A DNA stretch of 64,000 bases from Antedon mediterranea (lineage: Eukaryota; Animalia; Echinodermata). Positions 24,401 to 34,616 of this stretch are shown here, one piece after another. The stretch lies in the NCBI RefSeq assembly GCF_964355755.1, contig NC_092678.1:17563365-17627364 (forward strand). The letters are read 5' to 3'. Both the position numbers and the translations under genes were made by a program. Each line of letters starts with the position of its first letter. The stretch's first letter is position 1. The notes below the pieces were generated by a model, which saw nothing but the letters and a program-made list of their open reading frames with translations, was not told the DNA's origin and searched no databases.

Positions 24401-27400
24401 CACAATATTTAAAGAAAGGAGATTTCACAGTATTGACATGATATACTATCTGCTGCCACCTACAGTTATGACTCAACCAATATATTATTTGCTGCCACCT
24501 ATTGGGGGTTGACCTTTGGGGCTGAATAAAGGCACTTCGATATGGTTAATGCTACATGTGTGTGAGTCTGTTTATTACTGGGTTTGAATCTAATAAAGCA
24601 TTCACCATCAAGCACATACATCACGACATTGACCAATTTTTTAACGCAACCGCCGAAGAGAGATACGACATATCAGCCATTTTTACCTGGTGCAAACATT
24701 CCAACGCTAACTTTGCGGTCGCTGCAACAAGTGTAATTTTTGTATCGCCTGCCTATATTTACAGTTCCGGAAATTATCAAACAAGGAAGAATACGTCCCA
24801 CATACACCGGACTCTTGATCTTAGAGGGAAAGGCTTACTCTTTGCTATCTTGCTTAAATGTGGTGATATTTCTCCAAACAACCCGGGACCCGAAATCCAT
24901 CTCAATATGGAGGAAGACTTCAATGTTTGTGAAACTATGTTGGATAATACTGTTCCTGATGCGGAGCTCAATATTGAAGGATACAACGTTTTCCGTCGAG
25001 ATCGAAATCGGTCTGGAGGAGGTGTTTGTTTTTTTGTTAAGGAAAGACTATCTATACGCGAACGCCGGGACCTGGATTCTGAAAGTATTGAATCAATTTG
25101 GATGGAAATTTTGCTTCCGAGGACGCGTCCTATTGTTGTTGGATCAATTTATCGTTCACCAGGTCAATCATATAAGCTATTTATTGACTCGTTTGAAAAT
25201 ATATTGGCTGCTATTCGACCAGATGTCGAAGTTATTGTCCTTGGTGACTTCAATATTAATTTGAAAAATGAATCTGCATCAATATACAAAATGTTAGAAA
25301 CAACTCTCTTGAAACTTTTAGCTTTACCCATCTGATAAAGGAACCAACTCGAATTACTAAGTTTACATCAACAGTTTTAGATATTATCATATGTAACCAT
25401 TCGCAAAAAAATTTGCAATCGGGTGTCATCCATGTAGGCATTAGTGACCACAGCCTAACGTTTTGTACTCGTAAATCTTTAAAATATAAATTTAACCAAC
25501 ATAAAACTATCAAAATTTGTTCACTTAAGAACTACGATGTTAATATTTTTAATGAGCAATTAACACAATCTGATTGGTCACCTGTTCTCGATTCATCAGA
25601 TGTGGACTTTGCCTGGTGCTCTTTAAAAAAAATATTTTTGTCTCTTATAAACAGAATGGCTCCTCTCAAACAGGTGCGCCTAAAACAAAAATCTGAAGAG
25701 TGGATGACACCGGAAATATTAAGTGCCATAAAAGAAAGAGACTCACTATTAAATAAGTTCAAGAATAACCCAAATAGGCCAGACCTTTACGATGCATTTC
25801 GTAAGTTGCGTAATCGCATACAAAAGGACATAAAGAAAGCAAAATCTGCATGTTTTTTAAATAAGGTAGAAGTTAACAAAAATAATCCCAATAAACTCTG
25901 GAAATGCCTTAAAGATTTGGGATATAAAAATAAGCCACAAAAGGGTAGCACTATTTTGTTAGATGTTAATGGGAATTTTAGTAATTGTCGGCGCAACGGT
26001 AAAACAAAACAACTACTAAATGTATACAGTAAACTATGCAATTTATTCCAAGTGAATCAAGTGAGGATTCTCAATAAATAGATACAATATACAATATACA
26101 ATATTTGATAAGACAATGCAGTAAACGGTGTAGCTAAGATGCTGGTTGAGAAAAGAGTGTGTTAATAATGTGGTCAGTGCATGGTAATATTGGGCTTGGC
26201 CCATCTCATCTGACCAATTAGGATTAAGAGAATTAATGTGGTTTTCTGTTAGAGTCATTAACATTCTTAAAATCCATTAGCTAGAAAAGTGAAGGTAACA
26301 GGAAGGTAACCTGTCAATGTGACGTTAAATAAAGAGATATATAGAGGATGTATAAATAATCAAATTAAAAGTAAATGTTGAATTGTTTAAAAGCTATGTG
26401 GTAGGTCCGCTACAGAATCTTTGCCATAATGAAAGCGAAGTTTCAAATTATTTCAATAAATACTTCGCAAATATTGCTTCCGATTTAATGAAGAAATTGC
26501 CTTCTCCCAGTAACCTTTTTAGTGTGGGTTCGAATGCCTTTAAAAATTACTATAATAGCAAAATCAAACATGTTTCTGGTTTTTCTCTCGAAGAAATTGA
26601 CGAGAGCCTTATCGAAGAGGAATTGAAAAATCTCAACCCATCTAAAAGTGTAGGCCTTGATCAGATTCCTGCAAAATTTCTTAGAGACGGAGCTCCTAAT
26701 ATTAAAATACCAATAACACATATAATTAACCTCTCCATTAAATACGAACGTATTCCCTCGGATTTTAAACTCGCAAAAGTCACGCCCCTTCATAAAAAGA
26801 ATTCCAGAACTGAGGCTAACAATTACAGACCTATAAGCATTCTCTCCTCAGTTTCGAAAATTCTGGAGAAGGTGGTATATATACAAGTTTCCGATTACCT
26901 TGAAAGGAATCAACTTAGCTACGATCATCAATCCGGTTTTCGTAGATCATTTTCTACCGACACATGTCTTATCCATCTTAGAGATCACCTTAGAGTTCAA
27001 ATGTCAAATGGTTTATTTACGGGTATGGTTTTACTCGATGTCCAAAAGGCCTTTGACTCGGTCAATCATGATATTTTGTGTAAAAAACTTAAGTATCTAG
27101 GATGCCGGTCTATCGGTTGGTTTCAAGCGTACCTGTCTGGGCAAAATCAGATTGTCGATATTAAAGGTACCAAATCGGACTCTATTGAGATTGGATGTGG
27201 TGTCCACCAGGGTAGCCTTTTGGGTCCTCTCTTGTTTCTTATTTACGTGAATGACCTACCATCTAGTATCGAAAGTGATTGTAAAGTTGTTTTATACGCT
27301 GACGATTGTGCAATTTTTTAATCCCATAAAGATCCAATCGCAATCCAATCTAAACTCCAAAACAATCTCGTATCATGCAATAATTGGCTGATCGACAATC

Positions 27401-28455
27401 AACGTTCGCTTCATTCGTAAGACCGAATGCATCCTGTTTGGTTCTAAACGTAGATTAAGCAAAGTAAACGAATTCTATATTGATTGCTTTGGAACGACTA
27501 TAAATGGATCAAAATCTATCAAATATCTAGGTATTGAGATTGACCAAAATGTATCAGGTGACGTCATTGCCCGCTCTGTTATAAACAAAGCAAACGGCAG
27601 ACTGAAATTTCTGTACCGACAATCATCATTTCTTAATTCACATTGTCGCAAAATTCTTAGTTTTGCTTTAATCCAACCGATTTTCGATTATTCGGTTTGC
27701 TCATGGTCTTCTACGGTAAATAACAAGGCTAACAGCCATTAAGTCGCGTGCTACAATGCATAGTGATACCGGACCGACAGACAGACCAACAGACCGACAG
27801 ACAGACCGACAGACCGACAGACAGACAGACAGACAGAGAGACCGACCGACCGACATAGTGAACTATACTGACCGAAATTACTGAACATGTTTAAAAATGT
27901 TGAAATGTTTAAAAACATTTATTTTTTTTAAATTTACACGTGCGTAGCCTGTCACTTTCGACGTGCTCGTATAACGTAATTTCGAGTTGAAAAGTAAGTC
28001 AAGAAAACAGAAATCGGCCAAAAAGAGTGCGCAATAACATTTAACGCGCAGTGCGCGCGCAAAAATATGCGCACTCATGGCAATTTTGTAAACGCTAAAA
28101 ATTGCCTGAAATGTACTCTTATTTCATCGATAACAAATTTTGAAAATGTTAAGCGCGCGTACGCATGCGTTACATGCGCTACGCACGTAATTGTATTGCC
28201 ATATGATGATTTATGCCCTGAAATTTATGAGTACCAAATTTTATTTAATTGTGATTCATGGTTGTGAAGATATGATTACAAACGTGATTTCGTTAAATCG
28301 TGCGTAGACCGCGTCATTTTTTATTGCGCACCGTGAAAACATAACCACATTGATTCCTGGCCATAAGGAATATACTGTGAAAAATTGACCTAGCTAGATT
28401 AAACTGATATCAAGATAAGGTCAGAAAGCGATAAAACGCATAGTGATACCGGACC

Positions 28456-28486
<31 letters not shown>

Positions 28487-30555
28487 CGACCGACATAGTG
28501 AACTATAGAGTCGCTTCCATGCGAATAAAAATTTAAAATCAAAATTACAAACGACTCAAAACAAAATGGTTCGTTTTATAAAAAAGTTAGGTCCCCGATC
28601 TCATGTTGGTCAATCTCAGCTAAACGACGTTGGTATGTTAAAAGTACAAGACCGTGTCGAATTTCTTAGAGTCTGTCATGTTTTTAAAATATATAATCAT
28701 TGTTGTCCACCTTATTTATGCAATCGTTTTATTAGAATTTCAGACAGTCATAATTACAATACTATGGGATGCAATTTTAATTTTAGAATCCCAACTATCA
28801 AGCCAATGGCACATGTGACCTTTTTTTACAATGCTATTAAAGAATGGAATAATTTACCAATTAACATTAAGGAATCACAAACTGTTTCTTGTTTTAAAAG
28901 TAAAGTTAAAAAGTATCTTCAGGAACGTTCACTAGCTCTAGAAACTATTTAATTAGCGCTTCTTTTTTTTTCGATTGTCCTTTTTGCTGTTTTTTGTAAT
29001 TTTTTATATGTTGCTTTGTTTGTCTTTTTATCTGTTCTTTCAAAGGACCTCATTGGAAACAAGTCCGTAGAGGACTTTTATGAGTTATCCTTGGCATCCT
29101 TGTTTTTTTCTGGTATTTTTATATTTGCCAATTTTAAATGTATGTCTGTGATATTTTATGTACTGATGCCGAAATAAATCAAATCAAATCAAATCTGTTA
29201 TAATAGCCTATTTCCTATACAATAACTTTCCGTATCCCCACTCGACGTGCGAGGCGCCCTTTAAATTTAGCTCCATGTTTTCTCGCTTTTATTTGCATTG
29301 AACGAATAGGAAGTGTAACATCTTCCTACTACACTATCTTTGACACGATGTATCCATACAATATGAATATTAATGAGCTAACTCAGGTCAAGGGTTAAAT
29401 TAAACCGGAACACATTTGTCTTCCAGACAAATAGCTTCCGGTTGGTTAATTTTTGCATTAAATTGCGATTTTCCCGTTTAAAAAAATATTTTTTTCAATC
29501 CAAATTGAGGTCAAAGTGAATAACTTTTCGGTGCAATTAAAATGGCCTATTCAACAAAAATATTGAAAAAAAAAATTTTTTTCAGGGGGACAATACATCT
29601 TTAAATATTTCATTAAAAAAAAAAATATTTTTTGTATTATTCTTCATTTATCAGACTTATAATAGGTCATTTTTAGTTTAATAAAGTTAATCAATTTCAT
29701 GGAAAAGACCGAAATAATAATGTTTCTACTTATAAAAAGACAAAATAAACAGATTAATTTCAACAAAACCTCATTGAATTGACAGTGCAGCTAATTTGAC
29801 TATTTCCTTTTTCAAGAAAATTCAATTGGTCAATATAAATAACTCTTATGTAACATTAAAATGGCATATTCAACAACAAATTCCAAAATAAATTATTTTT
29901 TCAAGGGATAAAATATCTTCAATTCTCATTTTACTTATATTTTCAGGTTATAGCCTAAAATGTGAATAATTTCTTGCACCAATTAAATTTAAAAATAACT
30001 CACTTACCCGGTGGAACAATTACTGCTGTAACTGTTGCATTAAATCCTCTCTTTGTTACAATATTATCAGTAGATAAAGCAATCCACATTGTGTTGTTGT
30101 TGGAAACTAGAGAATCAAATGTTGAACCTGTAAATCTAACTTTATTTTCATTTCCTGCAAATGCTATATTCAAAAAATCCCATTTGTCCTCCAGTTGAAA
30201 GTCGTTGAACTCAATACGAATAACCAACTTCGGAGAGGTTGTAACCATCCATTCGCACTTTAAATGGTTGTCGTAGTTCTTCGGATAATTAGGAGACCAA
30301 AATACATATGATGAGTTCTCAGATTCAAGATGAATATCCATGTTACATTCTGCAAAAAGAGAAATAAGATAATAACATTAATACACGGATAAATGTATAT
30401 AGGCCTATTGTTACTATTGTATTGATAGAAAAATAGCGTGAATAATAATATAGGTAATCACAATATTTGATATTTTCAAAATAACCTTAAAGGTAATATA
30501 TCCGGCTAATCTTGTATATCTAATTCTTATTGATGGTATTAATATGATAGGCCTA

Positions 30556-30590
<35 letters not shown>

Positions 30591-31729
30591 GATAATAATA
30601 ACACTAATGATAATGATAATAGTTCATTCTTATAATAGTGCATATATAATCAAGCTCTCAATGCGCTGCACATTATTACCGCGGAAATTGTTTTGGATCA
30701 TACACGTATAGAAACATACTCCCATATTACTAGTTAATTTTACCCATCCATGTGTTTTTATAATATAGTTTTAACAACAATTATTGTCATTTAATCAGGC
30801 CGTGCTATACAGTATAAAATAGGGTACACATAATACATAAAATTACATTAGATTACATATGTACAAATAGTAATTAATCAGTAATTGCCACGGCCCAGTT
30901 ATCCTATTTATAAAAGTGTGAATTTTATCAATTATTACCTATTGATGAAAAATATTTGATTTATGTGTATACTTTGGTAAATAAATCGAGTAAGTTTACT
31001 ACCAGGTATTCAGTTTTAACTGTACAAGGAAAGTTAGCACCTACTCTTTCGCCAAAACCTAAATCTGCACATGCGCCAAAGCTTGGTGTACCAGGTCAAT
31101 ACAATTTACCAATAACATAGCCTTCTTTACTTATGTAAAATTAAATAAACAACAATCGTCTGACTGACTTCATGTTATTGTTTAAACTCATAGTCAGATA
31201 ATTTTTAGTATGTTATGTAGAAACAGAATCACGATTGATCAAGAGAGATAAACCATTTGTGTAAAATTGTAGCCAATTATAATTTCCAATGGATTCTCAA
31301 ATGTTATTGATTTAAAAAGACAATTAGTCGGGCAATTGTTGTTTATAATTATGTTCTACAGAATTAACCAGTTTTCTGTAGAAAAGAAATGACGGTTGCT
31401 CAAGATAGAAATGATTGTGTAAAATTGCGGAGAATTAAATTTTTCAATCCACATTATAAGTTTAAAAAAAAAATCAGTCGGGCAATTGTTGTTTCTATGT
31501 TCTACATTATTGACCAGTTTTTTGTAGAAAGAGAATCACGGTTGGTAATTGCTCAATATAGAAACGATTGTGTAAAATTGTGGAGAATTACGACTTTCAA
31601 TCAATTCTTATTTATATTTTTTTGATTTAAAAGGTAAAACAAGTTGAAGTACTTGAAAGCATACTCACGACTAGAACAGCTTGAAAACGGTACAACAACC
31701 AACAACATGATAACGCTAAAGATAAACAT
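412..31729 (-). CDS. Multi-exon gene for a secreted or cell-surface CUB + leucine-rich-repeat protein (possibly LGR/GRL101-like receptor); 3' part lies beyond the left edge
   Basis: Nine exons with GT/AG ends and compatible phases join into one open frame: MFIFSVIMLLVVVPFSSCSS-Q-CNMDIHL..CUB..VIVPP-DLTGVYQD-SYLSCRN..PITY-L-DLSSND..-L-DLRSNN..-L-NLKSNN..-L-YLSSNQ..-L-YLYSNQ... Family assignment is inference from domain order. Confidence 0.8.
2115..2762 (-). mobile_element. DINE-1/HINE-like (Helentron-associated) non-autonomous element, partial
   Basis: aacaaggcc end, agtcgcgtg subterminal motif, (ACCG)n microsatellite, core shared with 27722-28531. Confidence 0.6.
3380..3760 (+). mobile_element. 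Decayed Rex1/Babar-type LINE endonuclease fragment (copy 1)
   Basis: YRDSCLMTLTETWL and LELLTVALRPFYL motifs; frameshifted. Confidence 0.7.
5766..5837 (-). CDS. LRR exon B (72 nt, phase 2-2): YLSSNQMTTIPANVFDGLTSLTN(L)
   Basis: tttcag|G...CT|gtgagt; paralogous to exon A including flanking intron. Confidence 0.92.
7975..8046 (-). CDS. LRR exon C (72 nt, phase 2-2): NLKSNNITTLYENTFVGLTSLVT(L)
   Basis: T-rich tract + aag|G...CT|gtaagt; open frame, LRR consensus. Confidence 0.88.
8280..8975 (+). mobile_element. Decayed Rex1/Babar-type LINE endonuclease fragment (copy 2)
   Basis: PSVIFGNAHSLKNK, TETWL, PREF, GDF and RSDH motifs across frameshifts. Confidence 0.75.
10405..10476 (-). CDS. LRR exon D (72 nt, phase 2-2): DLRSNNINTLHENAFVGLTSLIT(L)
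   Basis: ttttgaag|G...CT|gtaagt; tandem paralogue of exon C. Confidence 0.88.
10700..11370 (+). mobile_element. Decayed Rex1/Babar-type LINE endonuclease fragment (copy 3)
   Basis: RPFYLKREF*QVLVIIIYIHP, CDFN, TREGTILD and GRSDH motifs. Confidence 0.75.
12488..12559 (-). CDS. LRR exon E (72 nt, phase 2-2): DLSSNDITTLHENAFVGLTSLVT(L)
   Basis: ttttgaag|G...CT|gtaagt; tandem paralogue of exons C and D. Confidence 0.88.
13259..13326 (-). pseudogene. Decayed LRR pseudo-exon
   Basis: Reads DLKKNHVTFFQC*VF then, after a frameshift, LTSLNQ followed by a gtgag donor; stop codon, indels and no AG at the expected acceptor. Confidence 0.4.
14275..14358 (-). CDS. 84-nt phase 2-2 exon, LRR N-cap-like: YLSCRNYIITAEEESVRNYNNHQPITY(L)
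   Basis: catttag|C...TT|gtaagt, open frame; its ITYL end leads into the first LRR strand. Confidence 0.7.
15553..18050 (+). mobile_element. Kolobok-like DNA transposon derivative (left end clear, right end not identified)
   Basis: TTAA followed by AGATGTATTGTCCCC; internal segment ~17735-17815 is shared with the inverted relative at 29196-29600. Confidence 0.45.
18170..18194 (-). CDS. Candidate 25-nt micro-exon (phase 1 to 2): (D)LTGVYQD(S)
   Basis: acttcag|AC...AG|gtaaga; supplies the phase change needed between the CUB exon and the N-cap exon. Confidence 0.5.
19909..24628 (+). mobile_element. Full-length Ty3/Gypsy LTR retrotransposon, Mag-like
   Basis: 206-bp LTRs (19909-20114, 24423-24628) with 2 differences; TTGAC 5-bp TSD; PBS TGGTGTCAGAA at 20115 (tRNA-Leu-like); PPT AAAGAAAGGAGA at 24411-24422. 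Confidence 0.96.
20219..24212 (+). pseudogene. gag-pol polyprotein (CCHC gag, protease, RT, RNase H, integrase) with one frameshift and one in-frame stop
   Basis: CxxC..H..C knuckles, LDSGA, IADD, TDHKPL, H..HQG..C..C, SDNG; frameshift at the A-run near 22490; TAA at 23052-23054. Confidence 0.93.
25977..26414 (+). mobile_element. Solo LTR inserted in the LINE ORF
   Basis: GAAT on both sides; termini TTTAG (one change from TGTAG)...CTACA; removal restores the LINE frame NGN|LCHNESEV. Confidence 0.65.
27722..28531 (-). mobile_element. DINE-1/HINE-like element inserted in the LINE RT C-terminus
   Basis: (GACA/GACC)n microsatellites, agtcgcgtg subterminal repeats, A/T-run insertion site without TSD; LINE frame resumes NLKSKLQTTQNKM. 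Confidence 0.7.
29196..29600 (-). mobile_element. Kolobok-like element end (probable host of the LINE insertion)
   Basis: ggggacaatacatct|TTAA terminus, reverse complement of the terminus at 15553. Confidence 0.5.
30008..30349 (-). CDS. CUB domain exon (342 nt, phase 1-1)
   Basis: C..SPNYPKNYDNHLKCEW..I.IEFNDFQLE..DFLNI..FTG..S.NN.MWI.LSTD.....GFNA is a CUB signature; ttttgcag| acceptor and |gtaagt donor. Confidence 0.93.
31669..31729 (-). CDS. First coding exon: signal peptide MFIFSVIMLLVVVPFSSCSS
   Basis: ATG, hydrophobic core, small residues at the end, phase-1 donor C|gtgagt matching the CUB exon. Confidence 0.75.
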
Positions 31730-32389
31730 TTTGTTACGTATTTCAGTACTGATTCGTTGACGATTTCCGCAATTCCGTAAGTTCACTCACTCGTATCCGC
31801 GAATGAAACTTACCTCCGTGATTCTTTCCAACTTATAACACTTGTTTTTGGTGGTCTTCATTAAATTATGATATTGCTGTTAGACAATTTACAACATTGA
31901 TTAGATAAATTGTATCACCAGGCCTATACTAAATAAATTATGAGTTTGTTACTGATGTTGCATGCATTATGTTGTTCTACAATAATTTTAACCTTTATAC
32001 GATTATACTAAGATCTGGTTGCGTTGTTCTTCGATGATCGTGTTGTTTACAAACAGTTGAGAGAAGATTGATACGAGTCCATCTGTTAAAGTCTTCATTT
32101 TGCCATTAGTTGTATGCATAATGTATATATACATAAACGTATTTCATCGTAATATTTATGTTTCAAAGAAGTAATAATTATTAAATCTTCTTATGTGCTT
32201 CAGATAAAATATTTATGTTTAACCAAAAGTAGTAAATGTTTGTTTCATTATGTTCATGTCAAACGCACACATAGTTGTTATTCATATTAGTGGAGTTGAT
32301 GAATCAAATTATTTCAATGCTAAAAATTAACTCCTTTGCTAACGTAACTGTTAGATAAATTGTTGATAAATAAATCATGATAACAACCT

Positions 32390-32980
32390 CATTGTTTCTC
32401 AATTGAACGCAACGTAAGAACGTAGACGCAACGCAAGCGAGTTGACCAATGACAAGCGACAGTTCGAATAATCCATCGCTTGTGATTGGTCAAATCCCTT
32501 ACGTTGCGCTAAGCTCAGTTCTCACTTGGACGCATCGTAAGAACGTAGACGCAACGCAAGCGAGCAGTGACCAATGACAAGCGAAAGTTCGAATAATCCA
32601 TCGCTTGTGATTGGTCAAATCCCTTACGTTGTGTGTCTAGTGAGAACGAAGTTTAAAATATAGCGTAAAGCTTGGTTCCAACTTCATCAACAGACAGTTT
32701 ACATTGTTTATGTTCAAGAAGCCAAAGAGGCTTGTCTTTGTAGTCTAAGCATGCATGAAACATAAAACATAGACAGACGCATTACAATTACAAAAAAATG
32801 ACATTTTGAGACAGAAAAAGAAAAAATACAAAGTGAGATCAACGCAAGGACGTAACGCAACGCAACGTGATTTGACCAATCTCAAGCGATGGATTATTCC
32901 AACAGTCGAGTGTGATTGGTCAACTCGCTTGCCTTGCGTCTACGTCCTTGCGCTGCGTCCTAGTGGGAACCGAGATTTAA
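32390..32980. repeat. Cluster of three ~130-bp palindromic MITE-like repeats containing CCAAT boxes (relatives at ~58360-58680)
   Basis: acgcaacgcaagcgag..gaccaatgacaagcga..tcgcttgtgattggtcaa occurs twice in direct and once in inverted orientation. Confidence 0.65.
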
Positions 32981-34445
32981 GGCTGTGTTTCCCCCGCAGC
33001 GTAACACAAATGATCAGTCAACCAAACAGATGATTAATGCAAAAATAAAGTGCGCATGAACAGTCATTACCGGACACAAGTGTCCAATCACAACGCAACA
33101 ATGTGTCTTTTATGTAAAAAAGTATCGCATTTATCCGAAATATCTGATTTTTCAGGAACTTTATCGGTTAATTTGTATCGATAAATATCTTATTTAATTT
33201 AATTATATCTTAATTATCTTATCCTATTTTTCCTATTTTGATATTTCAATGTAAATGTCATTGTATGCCTATTATTAACTGTAGTTTAGCGCGTCTCGCT
33301 GACCTGGTTTAATGTTTTTAATATCAAAGCGTCAACAATTGCAGGGAAGGACCATAGGTAAACCCGATTGTTTACATTTTATTTTCAGAATTATGTTATT
33401 CTGTATAAATATGTTTTAAATAAATGAAATAAAAACGTTTTAAAAGTTTATTCAATATTGCCGTTATGCGCCGCCAACAACATTTATTATTTATTTTTAA
33501 AGAAAGTTTGTGATTTCTTGTCGACAATAGAGGGCCTCCCATATAAACTGTGATCAGAGCCATTATATATAAAGAGTTATGACATTGGATTTAAGTCACG
33601 TGATATGCAGATCAATTTGTGTCAAACTTGTCTCCGTTAATGCATGTAAAGTATAGGAGCAAGAAATTACTTTAAACTTTTTCTTATATTAAAAAAAATG
33701 TAATTGCACATTTTACGGTGGAATATCGACGTGCACAGCGTAAAGAACCACTTGCGCCAAAGAATGTTGCGCGCGCGTACGCTAGTACATTATAACGTTC
33801 GATTGATTGCTTTTGGAACAAAACATCCCATAACTACGTCCCATAATAACAATTATGTAATATTTTCAATTCATAATGCATGCTTTGATGACTAAATAAA
33901 ATAATAAAGTGTCGTGGATATATTTGTTAATATATTGAATAGGTATGAACAATATTAAAATAATAAAGGCAAATTATTACAAATGAAATGATGAACGAGT
34001 CTCTGAAAGTTTGTGTCAAAAACACACAGAGAGCCATATACTGTATAAAAAGAGGGGTGAATTTGTGTGTTTTTTGTATTGGTTCATGCTTTGATATATC
34101 CTGACTTGCATGTAGGCCCTAGCATTTATTCTTTTGTTATTATAGACACAATATATATATGTTACCAAATTAATACCATTAATAACTTTATTTACTAAAA
34201 TAAAAACGGAATCTAAGCGTTATTTCATTGACAACAAAATCTAAAAATAATGCATGGAACTACAGGAAAACGCTATACAAAAGAGACGCGCGCGCCCTCA
34301 GCGTGCGAATTCTTTGACACAAAAATGGCTTCTAATTTTCAATGTCGTAACTCTTTATATATGGCTCTGACTGTGATGGCGACGCCCATGAAACTAATAA
34401 AGGTCTTTCAGTTCGCCGAATGATTGTTGTAAATAAACAACAACA

Positions 34446-34616
34446 ATGTTTCGAGCTTTGTATGACTATCAAAGTAAAGATGGGAAGTCTATGAACTTTC
34501 AGAAAGGGCAACGGTTTACCTTGCTTGACAAAAGCAACGGCCATTGGTGGCAAGTTATGTCCGATCAGTCCGGTACGGTAGGATACGTACCCGCGAATTA
34601 TGTCACAAAAGATGAG
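34446..34616 (+). CDS. NCKIPSD: NCKIPSD exon 1: SH3 domain
   Basis: [23 protein letters not shown]; donor GAG|gtaagg. Confidence 0.93.

Larger units (their letters stand above)
19196..29195 (+). mobile_element. L2/CR1-group LINE (APE endonuclease + reverse transcriptase), degenerate, interrupted by three insertions
   Basis: Endonuclease motifs (RRDRNRSGGGV, IYRSP, LGDFN, ISDH), RT motifs (NYRPIS, LDVQKAFDSV, QGSLLGP, YADD), AATAAA and (AAATC)n tail ending at 29195; 5' boundary approximate (possible TGTT duplication). Confidence 0.85.

Noticed and set aside
15553-29600. Inverted Kolobok-like termini suggesting one 14-kb element
   Set aside because: Both ends share the same subterminal and internal sequence, so they are better read as two related copies in opposite orientation
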